Below, piece after piece: positions 6,996-9,362 of a stretch of 9,362 nt of DNA. The stretch is taken from the IMG/VR virus record IMGVR_UViG_2663762627_000002; one strand, given 5' to 3'. Each line of letters starts with the position of its first letter. The stretch's first letter is position 1. The stretch is from a virus. Taxonomy: Duplodnaviria; Heunggongvirae; Uroviricota; Caudoviricetes. The notes beneath the pieces are model-generated. The model saw only the letters and a program-made list of their open reading frames with translations, was not told where the DNA came from and made no database searches. Both the position numbers and the translations under genes were made by a program.

Positions 6996-7214
6996 ATGCA
7001 GAAACGAGAACCCGTCATCATCGCGCCAGACTATACCGATGATGAACTTTATGAGTGGATGCGCCAGAAAATTAATGCAGCGCAGGATCTGAAATGGGCT
7101 AATGAAGCCAGGGCTAAGCAGGCTGAAAATCTGTCCGCTCTGGAGCAGGATATCACCAATCTGGAAAAAGCAGCGGCATTAAGCATTGCCAGAATGATTA
7201 CATACCCGCGTTAG
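6996..7214 (+). CDS. Hypothetical early-left protein, 72 aa (possible Kil-like by position only)
   Basis: ATG at 6996 with GAGGAA 5 nt upstream. Helical, charged sequence with no recognised motif. Confidence 0.6.
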   Translation: MQKREPVIIAPDYTDDELYEWMRQKINAAQDLKWANEARAKQAENLSALEQDITNLEKAAALSIARMITYPR

Positions 7215-7239
7215 TAGCTAATCAACAAAGCTAAGGTTA

Positions 7240-7612
7240 GTAATTAAGGAGTTCTCCACGGGTGAGGTGGAGTGCGTGCGCCGGACACGGGTGCGCATCC
7301 GGAACTGACAGTTTACTGAAAGGATATTTCCCTGAAAAGTCAGACCATAACGCGAAAGCGCACGGCGAGGTAGCTGGTTCATAGATAGCCTGTCGTTAAA
7401 TTTTCGTCGACCGTGCGCTTCCGGTTGTGGCAACCCGCGAAATGGCGCGGCGGTAAGTATGGCGGGGTTATTCCTTCCCCGTTGAGGACACCGGGTTGTC
7501 AGGTTGACCATACGCTTAAGTGACAACCCCGCTGCAACGCCCTCTGTTATCAATTTTCTGGTGACGTTTGGCGGTATCAGTTTTACTCCGTGACTGCTCT
7601 GCCGCCCTTTTT
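7240..7612. other. GC-rich, ORF-poor, hairpin-dense segment; candidate structured ncRNA or unrecognised element
   Basis: No plus-strand ORF of 60 aa or more across ~400 bp. Many stems, including CTCCAC/GTGGAG (7254-7272), CGC-GAAA-GCG (7351-7360), GCGCACGG/CCGTGCGC (7358-7365 / 7411-7418) and GGGTTGTCA/TGACAACCC (7493-7529). Visibly higher GC than the flanks. Confidence 0.3.
7570..7612 (+). terminator. Terminator-like structure (GGCGG ... CCGCC followed by CTTTTT)
   Basis: Stem 7570-7574 / 7602-7606 encloses a sub-hairpin and is followed by a T5 run at 7608-7612. The large internal loop makes this uncertain. Confidence 0.35.
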
Positions 7613-7617
7613 AAAGT

Positions 7618-7763
7618 GAATTTTGTGATGTGGTGAATGCGGCTGAGCGCACGCGGAACAGTTAAAACCAAAAACAGTGTTATGGGTGGATTCTCTGTAT
7701 CCGGCGTTAATTGTTAACTGGTTAACGTCACCTGGAGGCACCAGGCACTGCATCACAAAATTC
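7618..7763. promoter_or_regulatory. Control region bracketed by a perfect 13-bp inverted repeat (GAATTTTGTGATG 7618-7630 / CATCACAAAATTC 7751-7763), with nested dyads
   Basis: Inside are the dyads ACGTTAA/TTAACGT and CCTGG/CCAGG, two GTTAAC hexamers, and a copy of TTCTCTGTA (7691-7699) that also occurs in the origin-adjacent 12-bp repeats. Ends 19 bp before the ATG at 7782. Confidence 0.4.
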
Positions 7764-7781
7764 ATTGTTGAGGACGCGATA

Positions 7782-7970
7782 ATGAAAACGTTATTACCAA
7801 ACGTTAATACGTCTGAAGGTTGTTTTGAAATTGGTGTCACTATCAGTAACCCAGTATTTACTGAAGATGCCATTAACAAGAGAAAACAAGAACGGGAGCT
7901 ATTAAATAAAATATGCATTGTTTCAATGCTGGCTCGTTTACGTCTGATGCCAAAAGGATGTGCACAATGA
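7782..7970 (+). CDS. Small hypothetical protein, 62 aa (MKTLLPNVNTSEGCFEIGVTISNPVFTEDAINKRKQERELLNKICIVSMLARLRLMPKGCAQ)
   Basis: ATG at 7782 with GAGGA 7 nt upstream. Stop TGA overlaps the start of the next gene (ATGA at 7967-7970). Confidence 0.6.
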   Translation: MKTLLPNVNTSEGCFEIGVTISNPVFTEDAINKRKQERELLNKICIVSMLARLRLMPKGCAQ

Positions 7971-8158
7971 ATTCAGCATTTGTGCTTGTTCTGACAGTTT
8001 TTCTTGTTTCCGGAGAGCCAGTTGATATTGCAGTCAGTGTTCACAGGACAATGCAGGAGTGTATGACTGCAGCAACCGAACAGAAAATTCCCGGTAACTG
8101 TTACCCGGTCGATAAAGTTATTCACCAGGATAATATCGAAATCCCGGCAGGTCTTTAA
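7967..8158 (+). CDS. Small exported or membrane-anchored protein, 63 aa, with N-terminal signal-peptide-like segment and three Cys (MNSAFVLVLTVFLVSGEPVDIAVSVHRTMQECMTAATEQKIPGNCYPVDKVIHQDNIEIPAGL)
   Basis: ATG at 7967 with AAGGA upstream; translationally coupled to the preceding gene. Hydrophobic N-terminus followed by a hydrophilic, Cys-containing domain. Confidence 0.6.
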   Translation: MNSAFVLVLTVFLVSGEPVDIAVSVHRTMQECMTAATEQKIPGNCYPVDKVIHQDNIEIPAGL

Positions 8159-8250
8159 AACAGTTCCGTAATAAATATCCGGTTTCATTCTTATATGCCA
8201 GCAATGGCAGGGATTTGTTCATCCTTAAATCTGTCATGAGGTTAAAACAA

Positions 8251-8838
8251 ATGAGTAAAGTCTTTATTTGCGCCGCTATTCCTGACGAACTGGCAACAAG
8301 GGAAGAAGGCGCTGTGGCTGTAGCCACAGCCATTGAAGCTGGCGACGAACGCCGTGCTCGAGCAAAATTTCACTGGCAATTCCTGGAACATTATCCGGCT
8401 GCTCAGGACTGCGCTTATAAATTTATTGTCTGCGAGGATAAACCTGGCATACCCCGCCCTGCCCTCGATTCATGGGATGCTGAATATATGCAGGAAAACC
8501 GCTGGGATGAGGAGTCTGCTTCTTTTGTCCCGGTTGAGACTGAATCCGATCCGATGAACGTCACTTTTGACAAGCTGGCCCCTGAAGTACAGAACGCTGT
8601 CATGGTTAAGTTCGACACATGTGAAAACATCACCGTTGATATGGTTATTAGCGCACAGGAATTGTTGCAGGAAGACATGGCAACATTCGACGGACATATC
8701 GTTGAAGCGTTGATGAAAATGCCAGAAGTTAACGCCATGTATCCGGAGCTTAAGTTGCACGCCATTGGGTGGGTTAAGCATAAATGTATTCCTGGTGCTA
8801 AATGGCAAGAAAGCTGGTTTACTCGACCTGTACCTTAA
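8251..8838 (+). CDS. Acidic hypothetical protein, 195 aa, no recognised domain
   Basis: ATG at 8251 with GAGG 9 nt upstream; the track ORF starts at TTG 8215. Rich in Asp/Glu. Last gene before the att/int remnant. Confidence 0.75.
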
Positions 8839-8951
8839 ACCAGGAAGAAAACGAAGCCGTTTGCCTGTGGCTGAAAGAGACTTACCCCGACGCAGTAGAG
8901 TTTTTACCACTTGGCGATCTCTTCCCTGGTGCAAACAAAGCGCTGACCGAA
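8814..8951 (+). pseudogene. ~140 bp fragment encoding [46 protein letters not shown], resembling an internal segment of the rRNA m5C methyltransferase RsmF (NOL1/NOP2/Sun family)
   Basis: The frame opens just after a TAA and closes after divergent sequence. The STC...EENE motif is characteristic of the family. Near-identity to E. coli RsmF is recalled from memory, not computed. Overlaps the 3' end of the 195-aa gene in another frame. Confidence 0.45.
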
Positions 8952-9028
8952 CCATCATGTAACCCTCTGTTTTCGTGCATTGAAACGGCGGTGATACAAC
9001 TTTCGTGTATCACTTAGGACGCTAATCA

Positions 9029-9170
9029 ATGTCGCATCTTATGCTTTCCCGTCACGGGATCTGGTACTACCGTAGGGTCTACCTGACACCTCGGAAACGC
9101 CGTGAAATTCGTATTTCTCTTCGCACACGTTCCAAACGTGAAGCCTTGCTCCGTGTGGAGAAATATCTCA
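9029..9170 (+). pseudogene. Truncated tyrosine-integrase gene: N-terminal arm-binding-type domain only (MSHLMLSRHGIWYYRRVYLTPRKRREIRISLRTRSKREALLRVEKYL...)
   Basis: Pattern R-x-G-x-W-Y...SLRTRSKREA matches the N-termini of lambdoid and Rac-type integrases (for example ...GETWYASF...SLGTKDKRQA..., from memory). The reading frame continues to 9274 but is overlapped from ~9168 by a convergent gene, so the integrase is cut after about 47 codons. Confidence 0.5.
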
Positions 9171-9362
9171 CCTCACAACCTTTCCACTGCGTTCCGCAGT
9201 CCATCCCGGCACACACTGCAACTCCGTCTGGTCAGAAAACGGTAACAGCTTCTCCTGCTGGCGTGGCCCGTTGAGACAGACGGCGACCAGCACACCACCC
9301 GGACGCAACAGGGAAAAAGCCCGCAGGATATGCCGGATATCCTGCCCGTGGCTGAACGGCGG
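9168..9362 (-). CDS. 3' end of a convergent gene (partial; C-terminal 64 aa ...PPFSHGQDIRHILRAFSLLRPGGVLVAVCLNGPRQQEKLLPFSDQTELQCVPGWTAERSGKVVR); putative SAM-dependent methyltransferase C-terminus
   Basis: Manual minus-strand translation from the window edge to TGA (plus 9168-9170). PPF and LRPGGVLV resemble motifs of small class-I methyltransferases. Absent from the ORF track because it has no start codon in the window. Confidence 0.4.
   Translation of the reverse strand, partial: PPFSHGQDIRHILRAFSLLRPGGVLVAVCLNGPRQQEKLLPFSDQTELQCVPGWTAERSGKVVR

Noticed and set aside
6097-7042. ORFs 6097-6462(-), 6587-6853(-), 6784-6981(-), 6833-7042(+)
   Set aside because: They are antisense or out of frame relative to the repressor and the small early-left genes, which have proper ribosome-binding sites.
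7262-7384. 40-codon GTG-initiated plus-strand ORF preceded by AAGGAG
   Set aside because: The composition (Gly/Ala/His/Cys-rich, rare AGG codon) is unconvincing and the apparent Shine-Dalgarno lies within predicted stems. Kept only as a possibility within the structured-segment finding.
7218-7553. Minus-strand 111-aa ORF across the GC-rich segment
   Set aside because: It is extremely Arg-rich with no ribosome-binding site; this is the typical artefact of translating GC-rich structured DNA.
7215-7615. Retron msr/msd ncRNA hypothesis for the structured segment
   Set aside because: No reverse-transcriptase gene follows it, and no tRNA or tmRNA T-loop signature is present.
7583-8958. ORFs 7583-7918(-), 7973-8188(-), 8118-8333(-), 8333-8557(+), 8415-8765(-), 8470-8958(-), 8765-8962(+)
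   Set aside because: They are antisense or alternative-frame overlaps of the coupled small genes and the 195-aa gene.
1-9362. CRISPR array, tRNA or rRNA genes
   Set aside because: No regularly spaced direct repeats with unique spacers and no tRNA- or rRNA-like sequence were seen. The only tandem repeats are the IS end repeats and the origin iterons.

Overview
This window looks like the early/immunity region of a defective lambdoid (Rac-like) prophage, disrupted on its left by an insertion sequence (IS). All calls come from reading the sequence and ORF track; no searches were run, so family names are from memory. Left to right: the 3' end of an unidentified gene with a hairpin terminator (1-121); a ~1.9 kb IS with an rve-type DDE transposase (546-1859, minus) and inverted pairs of subterminal repeats; a small two-helix membrane protein gene (2194-2373); a decayed region of short or stop-interrupted minus-strand ORFs (2600-3260); a compact methyltransferase-like gene coupled to a 140-aa gene (3526-4301); a replication initiator whose coding sequence carries its own iteron origin (4342-5361); a 173-aa gene and a Cro-like gene (5288-6023); a divergent XRE/CI-like repressor lacking a peptidase domain (6107-6514), flanked on both sides by related palindromic operators; three small early-left genes (6681-7214); a ~400 bp GC-rich, ORF-poor, hairpin-dense segment (7215-7615); a dyad-rich control region; an overlapping pair of ~62-aa genes (7782-8158); a 195-aa acidic protein (8251-8838); a ~140 bp fragment resembling an internal piece of rsmF (8814-8951); a truncated integrase N-terminus (9029-9170); and a convergent partial gene with a methyltransferase-like C-terminus running off the window (9168-9362). 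No tRNA, rRNA or CRISPR array was seen. The most unusual parts are the structured GC-rich segment, the small-gene cassette between the early-left genes and the integrase remnant, and the misplaced rsmF-like fragment.
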